NCBI GenBank assembly: GCA_028707275.1
Contig: JAQTUP010000002.1
Location: 59,198-123,197 of the forward strand
Origin: Gallionella sp.
GTDB taxonomy: Bacteria > Pseudomonadota > Gammaproteobacteria > Burkholderiales > Gallionellaceae
DNA: 64,000 nt
Reading direction: 5' to 3'
Part shown: positions 19,027 through 27,879 of the stretch, piece after piece
Position numbering within the stretch: the first letter of the stretch is position 1
Layout of the letters: every line of letters begins with the position of its first letter
Notes under the pieces: model-generated
Seen by the model: the letters and a program-made list of their open reading frames with translations, nothing else
What the model was told of the DNA's origin: nothing
Database searches by the model: none
Translations under genes and position numbers: made by a program

Positions 19027-19721
19027 GTCACGCCACCATCAACCACGATCACGCTGCCGGTCGAATACGCATTGCCGAACAAATACAGATAGGCTGCGGC
19101 AATTTCTTTAGTGGCGCCCAGGCGGTTCAACGGCAAGCTGGGGGCAAGTTTTTTCACATAATCGACACGTCCGGGAATCGGCGTATCGGCATCCACGAAG
19201 CCGGGACAAACGGTGTTTACGCGAAGGGGTGCTAGCTCAATGGCAATCGCGCTGACGAGCGCCTCGGTCGCGGCATTCATGGCGCTCACCGCCGAATAGC
19301 CCGGGTAACTGCGCCGTGCGGCAACGCCCGACGTGAGCACGATGGAACCGTGCGGGCGGATGTGGCGGACCGCATGTTTTGCCAGGCGATACTGTCCCCA
19401 GAATTTCGCATCAAACGCCGCGCCGACTACGGCCAGATCGTTTTCAAGAAATTTACCGGAGGGTAAATGCGGCTTGATGGTTGCAGCCAAATGGTCGAAT
19501 GGGCCGACGCGCGCAAAAAAATCGATCACCGCTTGCTCGTCCGAAACATCGACTTGCTCCACGGTAACGCTGCCACCGAACTGTTTGGCTGCGGCTTGCA
19601 GTTTGTCCAGCGAGCGCGAGGCAATTACAACCTCCGCACCGGCGTTGAGCGCTTGCTGCGCTACGGCAAAGCCGATGCCGGAACTGCCTCCGACGACGAG
19701 TATTTTTGAATTGCTGAGCAT
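19020..19721 (-). CDS. SDR family NAD(P)-dependent oxidoreductase
   Basis: It has the TGxxxGxG-like N-terminus (VVGGSSGIGFAVA), the YxxxK active site and an NAG-like motif. Confidence 0.85.
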   Translation of the reverse strand: MLSNSKILVVGGSSGIGFAVAQQALNAGAEVVIASRSLDKLQAAAKQFGGSVTVEQVDVSDEQAVIDFFARVGPFDHLAATIKPHLPSGKFLENDLAVVGAAFDAKFWGQYRLAKHAVRHIRPHGSIVLTSGVAARRSYPGYSAVSAMNAATEALVSAIAIELAPLRVNTVCPGFVDADTPIPGRVDYVKKLAPSLPLNRLGATKEIAAAYLYLFGNAYSTGSVIVVDGGVTC

Positions 19722-19865
19722 AACGATTCCCCGAAATGGTTATGCTGAATAGTAACGGACTGTTAGCGAGAATTGGGGAGTATCAAAAGTTATTTTGTTC
19801 CTGCTGCTCCAAAATACCTGCCTGGAAAACATTGATTAAGTCCGTTCGCACTGAGATTATCAAAG

Positions 19866-20000
19866 GGTGTTTCATTTACCCGGCCAGATGAACTCCACCC
19901 GAATGCCGCTCGGCTCAAGACACATCATGTGTTTCGCAGGTCCCGCCCCAGTAGTTCCATCCCCTTTTCAAACGCATTGCCGCTCCTGAAGGCGCGCTCC
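19866..20000 (-). pseudogene. Frameshifted 3' remnant of a VOC/glyoxalase-family gene (paralog of 25433-25834)
   Basis: The reverse strand translates to ...ELLGRDL / KHMMCLEPSGIRVEFIWPGK*, which matches the C-terminus of the intact VOC gene (KHMMCYEPSGIRVEFTWPGN*). Roughly 75% nucleotide identity over about 70 nt. Confidence 0.5.
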
Positions 20001-20042
20001 CCTGCCATCGGGACAGCGCACGGCTCCTGGCAGAGTTTTTAA

Positions 20043-20160
20043 CTGATGTTACGCAGTAACATCCGTCGTGCAATCAACTTCGCCGATGGCAGACCGGCGG
20101 CTGGTTACTGGCACCGCCAAAGTAACTGCCTGCCTGCGGCGGGCAGGCCGATCTGCGCCC
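20043..20160. repeat. Truncated copy (5' ~110 bp) of the MITE-like repeat family
   Basis: It begins with the palindrome ctgatgttacgcagtaacatc, followed by caatcaacttcgccg and a ggctggttactg...caaagtaac hairpin homologous to the copy at 52846. Confidence 0.5.
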
Positions 20161-20163
20161 TGC

Positions 20164-21018
20164 CTATGCGGCAAACCGCCTTGCCCCGAGTACGCATAGC
20201 GCGACCGCCAGCGCGGAGGCGACCATCATCGCGCTGACGTGTTCGCCCAGCAGCAGCGCTGCCAGACCCAGCCCGAAAAACGGTTGCAGCAATTGCAACT
20301 GGCTGATAGCCGCAATACCGCCGAGTGCCAGACCGCGATACCAGAAGAAAAATCCGATCAACATGCTGAACAGCGAGACGTAACCCAAGCCCAGCCAGGC
20401 GGACAAGGGAGCTTGTTGAAGATTGCCCGGCAGCGTCCACAGGCACAGCGGCAACATCAACGGCAACGCTAGTACCAGCGCCCAGCAGATGACCTGCCAT
20501 CCGCCCATGCGGCGCGCCAGACGCGCGCCCTCGGCATAACCCAGGCCGCACACGATCACCGCGACCAACATCAGCAGATCGTCGAACAAGGAAACGCCGA
20601 TACTCTGCCCCATCGCAAAACCTGCCACGACCAGACTTCCCGACAAGGAAAACAGCCAGAACAAACCGCGCGGGTTTTTATCGCCGTGCAACACACCGAA
20701 CATCACCGTCGCCACCGGCAACAACCCGACGAACACCGTGGCATGCGCCGCACTCACATGACGCAACGCCAGCGCGAGCAACAGCGGGAAACCCACCACC
20801 ACGCCAAGCGCCACCACCAGCAACGCGCGGCTGTCGCGGCGAGCTGGCTTTGGCTGGCGCAGAGCCAGCAGGATCAACGCGGCGAGCACCCCGGCAATCG
20901 CCGCCCGCGCCAACGTAAAAAAGATCGGATCGAACGTGGCGACCGCCACACGGGTAGCGGGCAACGTGCCGCTGAAAATCAGCACGCCCAGCAGTCCGCA
21001 GCTCCATCCCCTGAGTCC
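20164..21018 (-). CDS. EamA/DMT family transporter; the start codon is uncertain, possibly GTG
   Basis: Ten predicted TM helices with EamA-like repeats. The annotated long ORF runs upstream through GC-rich palindromic repeats (translated LALPLQGGG x2), which are probably non-coding. Confidence 0.65.
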   Translation of the reverse strand, partial: GLRGWSCGLLGVLIFSGTLPATRVAVATFDPIFFTLARAAIAGVLAALILLALRQPKPARRDSRALLVVALGVVVGFPLLLALALRHVSAAHATVFVGLLPVATVMFGVLHGDKNPRGLFWLFSLSGSLVVAGFAMGQSIGVSLFDDLLMLVAVIVCGLGYAEGARLARRMGGWQVICWALVLALPLMLPLCLWTLPGNLQQAPLSAWLGLGYVSLFSMLIGFFFWYRGLALGGIAAISQLQLLQPFFGLGLAALLLGEHVSAMMVASALAVALCVLGARRFAA

Positions 21019-21019
21019 G

Positions 21020-21260
21020 TTAGCCACCACATCCCCTCCCCCTTGCGGGGGGAGGGCTAGGGAGGTGAAGTCGCACTTGGACGCGCGAATAATATCATCC
21101 CCTCCCCCTTGCAGGGGGAGGGCCAGGGAGGGGGTAGAAACGCTGGCGTTCCACGACGCCACCCCCATCCGAGCGTGTGTTGCTGGGGCGCATGCCCCGT
21201 ACAACCACGGTCTACCCCTTGCGGGTGCAACCTTCCCCCTGCAAGGGGGAAGGAACTGGT
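21020..21260. repeat. Three GC-rich palindromic hairpin repeats (cccctcccccttgc-ggggggaggg type) in the divergent promoter region
   Basis: The copies lie at about 21030, 21097 and 21228. Each is a perfect or near-perfect stem-loop. Confidence 0.5.
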
Positions 21261-21416
21261 TCGGCTCTAATGAGCAATCCGGTTTAAATCCTTTGTCCAT
21301 GTTCACACCCGCCGTTTCATCTAAAGAATACCCGCATCTTCCCCTGAAAATTATCAGAGCAACAGTGACAGTCGGGTACAATTCAAAGATACTGTCCGCA
21401 AAACTTAGGGGTACAA

Positions 21417-22829
21417 ATGACAAAAACACCCAACCCGAAAGAGAGCACCCGTGTAGCAGCGGTGATGCAAACCCTGCGCGCGCAACTGGCCGCCCGCGTG
21501 CTGGTGCCGGGCGAACGGCTGCCCTCCATCCGACAGATGGCCGAACGTTTAAGCGTCGCGAAAAACACCATCGTCGAAGCCTATGATCGTCTGGCTGCCG
21601 ACGGCGTGATCACCGCGAAACGCGGCTCGGGCTTTTATGTGTGCGGGCACCTGCCGCCATTGTCGCTGGCCGAGGTAGGGGCATCGCGGGATCGCAGTAT
21701 CGATCCGCTGTGGATCATCCGCCAGTCGCTCGAAGCCAACGGCGACATGCTCAAGCCCGGTTGTGGTTGGCTGCCACCCTCGTGGTTGCCGGAAGCGGAA
21801 ATCCGCAGCACCCTGCGCCGACTGGCCAGAGACCCGCAAGCCGGGTTACTGGAATACGGGCATCCGTATGGGCACTTAGCCTTGCGCGAACAACTCGCTC
21901 GCCGCATGGGCGAGCGCGGCGTCGCAGCCACTGCGCGCCAGATCATTCTGACCGATTCCGGCACCCAGGCCATCGACCTGATTTGCCGTTATCTCGTAGA
22001 GCCGGGCGACACCGTGCTGATCGACGATCCGGGTTACTTCAACTTTCAGGCGCTGCTGCGCGCGCATCGCGTGCGACTGGTCGCCGTGCCATATACCGAA
22101 CAAGGGCCGGATGTGCAGGCGATGGCCGAGTTGCTGGTACAGCACAAGCCGCGCCTGTACATCACCAATACGGTTTTTCACAATCCGACCGGCGCCGTGT
22201 TATCACCCATCGTCGCGCACCGCGTGCTCAAACTGGCCGAGGATCACAACCTGCTGATCATCGAAGACGACATCTATGCCGAATTCGCCCAAAACACCTC
22301 GCCGCTGCTGGCCTCATTCGACGGCCTGAACCGGGTCATCCACATCGGCAGCTTTTCCAAGGTGTTAACGGCTTCGGCGCGCTGCGGCTACATCGCGGTG
22401 CGACAAGACTGGACGGAGAATATCGTCGATCTGAAACTGGCCACCACGCTCAGCAGCAACGGTTTGGGCGCGGAACTGGTGTATTCCCTGCTGCGTCAGG
22501 GCGCCTATCGCCACCACGTCGAAGCGCTGCGCAGCCGTCTGGCCGACACCATGGGACGCACGCTGCACCGGCTGGAAAAACTGGGCATCACCCCCTGGAT
22601 GAAACCACAGGGCGGCATGTTCCTGTGGATGCGCCTGCCGCACGGACTGGACTCCGCCCGCGTATCGCAAGAAGCCCTGCATGAAGGCGTCGTGCTCGCC
22701 CCCGGCAACGTGTTCAGCCTGAGCCAAACGGCGACGCCGTTCATGCGTTTCAACGTCGCGCAGTGTCAGTCAACAAAGGTTTTTGAAGTGCTGGAAAAGG
22801 CGATGGAACGGAGTGAAAAAGCAATGTGA
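21417..22829 (+). CDS. MocR/GabR-family transcriptional regulator (GntR HTH fused to a PLP-dependent aminotransferase-like domain)
   Basis: It has an N-terminal GntR wHTH (LPSIRQMAERLSVAKNTIVEAYDRL) and a C-terminal class I aminotransferase fold with the PLP lysine region (GSFSKVL). It is divergent from the DMT transporter, the canonical pairing. Confidence 0.85.
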   Translation: MTKTPNPKESTRVAAVMQTLRAQLAARVLVPGERLPSIRQMAERLSVAKNTIVEAYDRLAADGVITAKRGSGFYVCGHLPPLSLAEVGASRDRSIDPLWIIRQSLEANGDMLKPGCGWLPPSWLPEAEIRSTLRRLARDPQAGLLEYGHPYGHLALREQLARRMGERGVAATARQIILTDSGTQAIDLICRYLVEPGDTVLIDDPGYFNFQALLRAHRVRLVAVPYTEQGPDVQAMAELLVQHKPRLYITNTVFHNPTGAVLSPIVAHRVLKLAEDHNLLIIEDDIYAEFAQNTSPLLASFDGLNRVIHIGSFSKVLTASARCGYIAVRQDWTENIVDLKLATTLSSNGLGAELVYSLLRQGAYRHHVEALRSRLADTMGRTLHRLEKLGITPWMKPQGGMFLWMRLPHGLDSARVSQEALHEGVVLAPGNVFSLSQTATPFMRFNVAQCQSTKVFEVLEKAMERSEKAM

Positions 22830-23094
22830 TGCTAATTCGTTATCGATTCAGAAGGGCAGCTAATCGGCCCGAGTGGACTTCGTAGATTTACTGAAAAGAT
22901 TGTCTACGCAGGTCGGAGTGATGTCTGCTCCCAAAATAGAATTGGTCGTTGCTTGGCAACGTTTTGATGTCCATGGAATGTCGCCTGCAAACCCGCAAGC
23001 GGTGCATGCGTCTATCTAAATTCGTTGCCCGATTGACGCTCTACAAACGTCAACGAACTGGCCATAGGGTTTCATGAAAGCTTTCAGCGTTAAG

Positions 23095-25170
23095 CTAAGT
23101 ATCTAGCTCAGCTGTTAACAAGCCAGTCAAAGTGTCCAATAAGTCTTTTGGCAACAATTTAGAATAATCAGCCAAGACCGTCTCGGCAACGTGTCGCATC
23201 AGATCGCCTGCGTGTTTGTTTTTTGGTTTTAAGAAACCGAACGCAGTGATAATGCTTCCCTCAAGTTCATGATCATCTTTATGCAAGTATTCTTTTGCTA
23301 CTTGCATAGTCATGCCATTGAGGTACTCCACCTCAATGGTTTCCCGAGGCAACTGCGCGGGGCCCAATATTAAATTCTGCAAAGCATCAATGGCCCGTTG
23401 CCATCGTTCATGATCCCAGTTAGATATTGACATGTAACTATCCTCTTGATCGAGAATACCTTTGTCTTTTGCAAAGGCCGCATTTTCCCCTGCAATCGTT
23501 ACGACTAGTAATACAGGATCAAATAGTAACGACTCAAGGCCATCTCGAACTCCCGGTGATAAAACGTGCATTCGGCCTTTTGTTGCGCGCTCTCCATCCC
23601 AGTCAACTAGACCGAGAACACTTTGATTTCCTCCGGTAGATAGACCATCAACTAGTCTCATGACTTGTGCGCATCCAGCGTTCTTTTCGCCGCCAGATTC
23701 ATCTGTATTACCCACTTCCACGAAAACCAGCGAACGTTCTGAATTCAAGTGCGCCTTATAGCGCTGAAAAAGCAAGTCGTAGAGATTTGCATCTGTACGA
23801 CTTTCCACAAATATTTGACGTCTTCCATCAAAAGCAATAGAAAGAGTCGGCACGCCAACAGTAAGAAGTGAAAGCGCTAAGCTCTTGCTAACTTTGTCAA
23901 TTCGTGGACCGACAGGGTTCATCGAATAAATTGCTTCCTCAGGTGCGAGCGCTACGGTTGAAGGGCTATGGGTCGTAAGAATGACTGAAACGTTCTTGTC
24001 GCGAACGAGAACATTTTGAATGGTATTTAGCAAAGAAGCCGTCATGGATGGATGCAAGGGCGCATCTACTTCATCAAGTAGCAACAGTTTTGGAAACTCC
24101 TTTGCCTGACGACTGTCCTGTGAGTTGTAAAGACACAAAGCAAACGACATGAGAACTTTTTCACCAGAAGAAAGATCTTGAAATCGCATCTCTACAGTTG
24201 TGGAAAGCTTGTAGAGTTTAGGCTCATACGAGGCGATTTCGTGAAGTGGTGGGTAATCGACTCTAAAATCAAGGCGACATTCTTCTAAGATCTGATTTAC
24301 GAAATCCCAAGGCGGGGAGCCATACTCGGAAACAAACTCTTCTTGAGATAAATATCGCCTTGTAGGTTCCTCCGGTGGGGGATATTTTTGTAATCTGTCA
24401 TTATCGTGGATCAACTCACGATACCTAGTGAAAACGCGGCCAAAAGCTTGTTGAAATGGATCAACACCGCCCCAAAGCAAATTTTTATCTTGAAAAAAAG
24501 TGGACTGTGAAGAAACCAGAAAGGTCTCAGGCGAATACTGTTGAATTTTAGGCACTGCTTTACGCCAATGTTCATCGCCAATTTGATTAAAGGAGTTGCT
24601 ACCTACATTTGAGCCAGCCTGCTTAATATTCTGCTTGATGGAAGCTTCCACTTGCTCCGCTTTTGCGGGATCTGCCAAGACTCCACGCAATACCTCTACA
24701 GTTAGTGAATTAATTTTCTGGATATTAGAACAGTATTCGGCAGGAACTCCTTGATTAAGAGCATGCTGTTTGATGCCCGGCAACTGCTGTTCACGGTGAG
24801 TTTGCATAGTTGTAAACCATTGTGATCGCCTCGATTGATCTTTAGCGGGATCAAAGATGCCGGTATCTGTAGGAATGATTGACGCTGAGTCGAAAAGGCG
24901 AACATCAACGTTTAAATTGTTTGCAAGCGACGACCTTACCTGCCCCCCTTTTATCGCCGTTAGTAAGTGAGTTTTGCCAGATCCATTTCGCCCCGTCAGT
25001 ACTACAAACTTGGGCAAAGTGATCTCCTCCAGTTGCGTTATTGATTTATGAACCGATGCAAAAGTAAGTGTGTTTGACATAGTCTTAAGTTGTGCAAATC
25101 TTTCGTCTTGGAGTTTCAATATACCGGAAGGTATGGAGTAGTGCAGACCTCTGGCATGACAGTTTCCCAA
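23095..25170 (-). CDS. OLD-family ATP-dependent endonuclease (ABC-type ATPase plus C-terminal Toprim), class 1 stand-alone
   Basis: It has Walker A (LTGRNGSGKTHLL), an ABC signature-like LSSGEKVLMSFAL, Walker B (LLLLDEVDAPLH), and C-terminal Toprim-like E (IFVESRTD) and DxD (LVDWDGE) motifs. GC is about 45%, against ~60% in the flanks. An alternative start lies at 25080. Confidence 0.7.
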   Translation of the reverse strand: MGNCHARGLHYSIPSGILKLQDERFAQLKTMSNTLTFASVHKSITQLEEITLPKFVVLTGRNGSGKTHLLTAIKGGQVRSSLANNLNVDVRLFDSASIIPTDTGIFDPAKDQSRRSQWFTTMQTHREQQLPGIKQHALNQGVPAEYCSNIQKINSLTVEVLRGVLADPAKAEQVEASIKQNIKQAGSNVGSNSFNQIGDEHWRKAVPKIQQYSPETFLVSSQSTFFQDKNLLWGGVDPFQQAFGRVFTRYRELIHDNDRLQKYPPPEEPTRRYLSQEEFVSEYGSPPWDFVNQILEECRLDFRVDYPPLHEIASYEPKLYKLSTTVEMRFQDLSSGEKVLMSFALCLYNSQDSRQAKEFPKLLLLDEVDAPLHPSMTASLLNTIQNVLVRDKNVSVILTTHSPSTVALAPEEAIYSMNPVGPRIDKVSKSLALSLLTVGVPTLSIAFDGRRQIFVESRTDANLYDLLFQRYKAHLNSERSLVFVEVGNTDESGGEKNAGCAQVMRLVDGLSTGGNQSVLGLVDWDGERATKGRMHVLSPGVRDGLESLLFDPVLLVVTIAGENAAFAKDKGILDQEDSYMSISNWDHERWQRAIDALQNLILGPAQLPRETIEVEYLNGMTMQVAKEYLHKDDHELEGSIITAFGFLKPKNKHAGDLMRHVAETVLADYSKLLPKDLLDTLTGLLTAELDT

Positions 25171-25432
25171 CTTTCAATTACCAAATTACTCTCCGCAAGA
25201 GCCCACTCGTGCGAACCCGCTTGTGGCTGTTCAGAGCCAATAAGATAATTCTACTGTAAAGGCGGCTTCGGGGTGTGGTGCAGACATTCAAAACAATCTC
25301 GCCAACAGTTATTTTGTAAAACTACGATAGTCCGCTATGGCCGATAACCGGCCCGCCTCCTCATTGCGCAAACTCGTGTCGCCATGCGTACAAGCAGTAT
25401 GGCGAATTTGCACCACATAAGATTCCGTAGGC

Positions 25433-25834
25433 TCAATTCCCCGGCCAAGTGAACTCGACACGGATCCCGCTCGGTTCATAACACATCATGTGTTTCGTCG
25501 GCCCCTTGCCCAGCAGTTCAGGTGCAAACTCGATGGGCGTGCCGTTGTTCAGCAGCGTGGCATGGATGCGATTCAGATCTGCTTCGCTTTCGACCTGGAA
25601 GGCGACATGGTGCAGGCCTGTATTCCTGTCTTTGTCGAACGATGAGCCGGGTTCTTTTCTGATCGCCCAGAGCGTGACCATGGTCTTGCCGTCGCTGACA
25701 TAGATGGCAGGGTATTCAGGGTTCCTGCGCACTTCTTTCCAGCCCAGCAGGGTGATGAAGAAGTGCGCGCTTTCTTCCAGTTTGCTCACGGTAAGACCGA
25801 GGTGGTGTATGCCTTTGGTGACCGGGGTGTTCAT
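25433..25834 (-). CDS. VOC family protein (glyoxalase/bleomycin resistance/dioxygenase fold)
   Basis: A ~134-aa protein (GIHHLGLTVSKLEESAHFF...GLHHVAFQVES). Its start overlaps the isochorismatase-family stop by 4 nt. Confidence 0.75.
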   Translation of the reverse strand: MNTPVTKGIHHLGLTVSKLEESAHFFITLLGWKEVRRNPEYPAIYVSDGKTMVTLWAIRKEPGSSFDKDRNTGLHHVAFQVESEADLNRIHATLLNNGTPIEFAPELLGKGPTKHMMCYEPSGIRVEFTWPGN

Positions 25835-26463
25835 GCGGGCACCGCCAATCCGCGTGCGCGACGGTTGGAGAGGTAGATGGAATCCCGCTCCGGTTTTGTT
25901 CCTGCTGCCTGCATCGCGATCCATTCCCCGGTAGACATGACGGCGGCGAAGCGCGATTGCAGCACGACGCACATCACGCTGTGGATCTCTTCGGCGCTCG
26001 CGCGGCCAGCCCGGTTCTCATAGGGGACGGAACCCGAGGCATCGCTGATGTACTCCACTGCGTAGCCGTCGTGGAAGGCGTGCAGCATGGTCGAGAGGTT
26101 GCAGTTGTGGCTCATGTAGCCGGTCACGGTGAGCGTGTCGATGTCATGCGCGCACAGCCATTTATCCAGATCGGTATTCGCGAATGCACTCGGCATCATT
26201 TTGATCACAAGATGGTCGTGCGGACGCGCGGCAATTGTTTCGTGCAGCGCGCAACCGCTGCTGCCTTCCGCCATGATGGGGGACTGCTTGGGCAGGATGT
26301 TCTGCACGACAACGACCGGGATACCGGCACTGCTGGCCGCATCCATCATCTTGCCAATATTGGCGAGCGACTGTTGCGGGTCGGGGTGTTCGATAGGCAG
26401 TGCGTCCCCGAAGTAATCGTTCTGTACGTCGATGACGATCAAAGCGCGTTTGGGTTGAGGCAT
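25831..26463 (-). CDS. Isochorismatase-family cysteine hydrolase
   Basis: The conserved D-K-C triad context is present (ALIVIDVQNDY...TVTGYMSHNCNLSTM). Confidence 0.8.
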   Translation of the reverse strand: MPQPKRALIVIDVQNDYFGDALPIEHPDPQQSLANIGKMMDAASSAGIPVVVVQNILPKQSPIMAEGSSGCALHETIAARPHDHLVIKMMPSAFANTDLDKWLCAHDIDTLTVTGYMSHNCNLSTMLHAFHDGYAVEYISDASGSVPYENRAGRASAEEIHSVMCVVLQSRFAAVMSTGEWIAMQAAGTKPERDSIYLSNRRARGLAVPA

Positions 26464-26568
26464 GGTGGTCTCCTTGTGGGTGATGGAATGTAAGGTGACG
26501 CATCATCGCCTTGGGCGCGCATTTCAATCAGTGGCCCGAATGACTTTTTTAGATACAATCAGGCCATC

Positions 26569-27540
26569 ATGAAAAAACCAGCCCGCAACGCGGATAGTTA
26601 CGCGGTCGTCGTCTACGACGGCATCAGCCCATTCCATTTGTCGGTGCCGTGCATCCTTTTCAAAAAGGGCGGTAAGGACAACAGGGTGCCGGACTTCAAG
26701 GTGAAGCTGTGCGCAGTCGAGCCGTCTGTCATACAAACCAATGCCGGATACGCTATCCAGGTCACACAAGGCCTTGCCGCACTCAAAGGCGTCGGGACGA
26801 TCATCGTGCCCAGCTGGAACGACACCTCGGTGCCGCCGCCGAAGAGCCTGCTGGATGCCTTGCGCAAGGCGCATCAGCACGGCGCGCGTATCGTCAGTTT
26901 TTGTCTGGGCTCGTTCGTGCTGGCTGCGGCCGGGTTGCTGGCGGGACGGCGGGCGACGACGCACTGGGAATGGGCGGCCGAGTTGGCCGAACGCTATCCG
27001 GATATCGACGTGGAGCCGGATGTTTTGTACGTGGATGAAGGCGACATCGTCACCTCCGCCGGATGTGCGTCCGCCATCGATTGCTGCCTGCATCTGATAC
27101 GCAAGCAGCACGGCGCAGAGGTTGCCAATTCCATCGCGCGACGCATGGTCGTATCGCCATTCCGGCAGGGCGGACAAGCGCAATTCATCGAGCAGCCGGT
27201 ATTCGATTCCGCCGCACCGGACAGGCTGTCGCAGGTGATGGACTGGATGACGCAGCATCTGGATGTCGCGCATACGCTGGATGATCTGGCGGAACGTGCC
27301 TTGATGAGCCGCCGGACTTTTACTCGCCGGTTTCGCCAGGTGACCGGAACGACCGTTGGGACATGGTTGCTGAATCAACGTCTGGCATTGGCGCAACGCA
27401 TACTGGAAATGACCGACAAACCGATTGAGCTGGTGGCGGAAACGGCGGGATTTGCCTCGCCCGCCCTATTCCGCCGCAGTTTTGGACAGGCGTTCGGCGT
27501 AAAACCTTCAGTCTATCGCAGGGAGTTTCGCGGCGAGTAA
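26569..27540 (+). CDS. GlxA-family transcriptional regulator (DJ-1/PfpI domain plus AraC HTH)
   Basis: The N-terminal DJ-1/PfpI-like domain has a Cys (SFCLGSFVLA). The C-terminal AraC-type HTH is present (RRTFTRRFRQVTGTTVGTWLLNQRLALAQRIL). Confidence 0.8.
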   Translation: MKKPARNADSYAVVVYDGISPFHLSVPCILFKKGGKDNRVPDFKVKLCAVEPSVIQTNAGYAIQVTQGLAALKGVGTIIVPSWNDTSVPPPKSLLDALRKAHQHGARIVSFCLGSFVLAAAGLLAGRRATTHWEWAAELAERYPDIDVEPDVLYVDEGDIVTSAGCASAIDCCLHLIRKQHGAEVANSIARRMVVSPFRQGGQAQFIEQPVFDSAAPDRLSQVMDWMTQHLDVAHTLDDLAERALMSRRTFTRRFRQVTGTTVGTWLLNQRLALAQRILEMTDKPIELVAETAGFASPALFRRSFGQAFGVKPSVYRREFRGE

Positions 27541-27624
27541 ATCAGGCCGTCGATGAAATGAGCGTCCGCTACCGGGAAAATTTTTGAATGGGCAAAACTA
27601 AATAAGCCAGATCCGCCGCCGAGC

Positions 27625-27725
27625 CCTCCCTCTTACTTTTTCAATCCTTCATTCCAAACTGGCATTACTTTATCGGGCTACGCCAACGACAAGGAAAGGT
27701 ATTTTGACCAGGTCTGCAATCATCC
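27625..27725. repeat. Copy 2 of the ~95-nt intergenic repeat (see 18415-18510)
   Basis: Alignment to 18415-18510 at about 80% identity. Confidence 0.4.
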
Positions 27726-27879
27726 TGAGTTCAAAAAGCAAGCCACGTAATTACACTGATTATCACGGATAATCAAAAAATTAACTCGAACTCACCATCA
27801 CCTTTTTGATGATGGAACGAAAACTTATAACTTGATGTTTTATCTGATTTTATCCGCGCCCATATGTGGCGCAGAGTTT

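Noticed and set aside
20105-21586. Multiple long alternative-frame ORFs (e.g. 20686-21060 His/Gln/Arg-rich, 20936-21586, 21641-22684 347 aa, 21876-22181)
   Set aside because: They are antisense or out-of-frame to the well-supported DMT and MocR genes in a high-GC region. They have low-complexity composition and no domain content.
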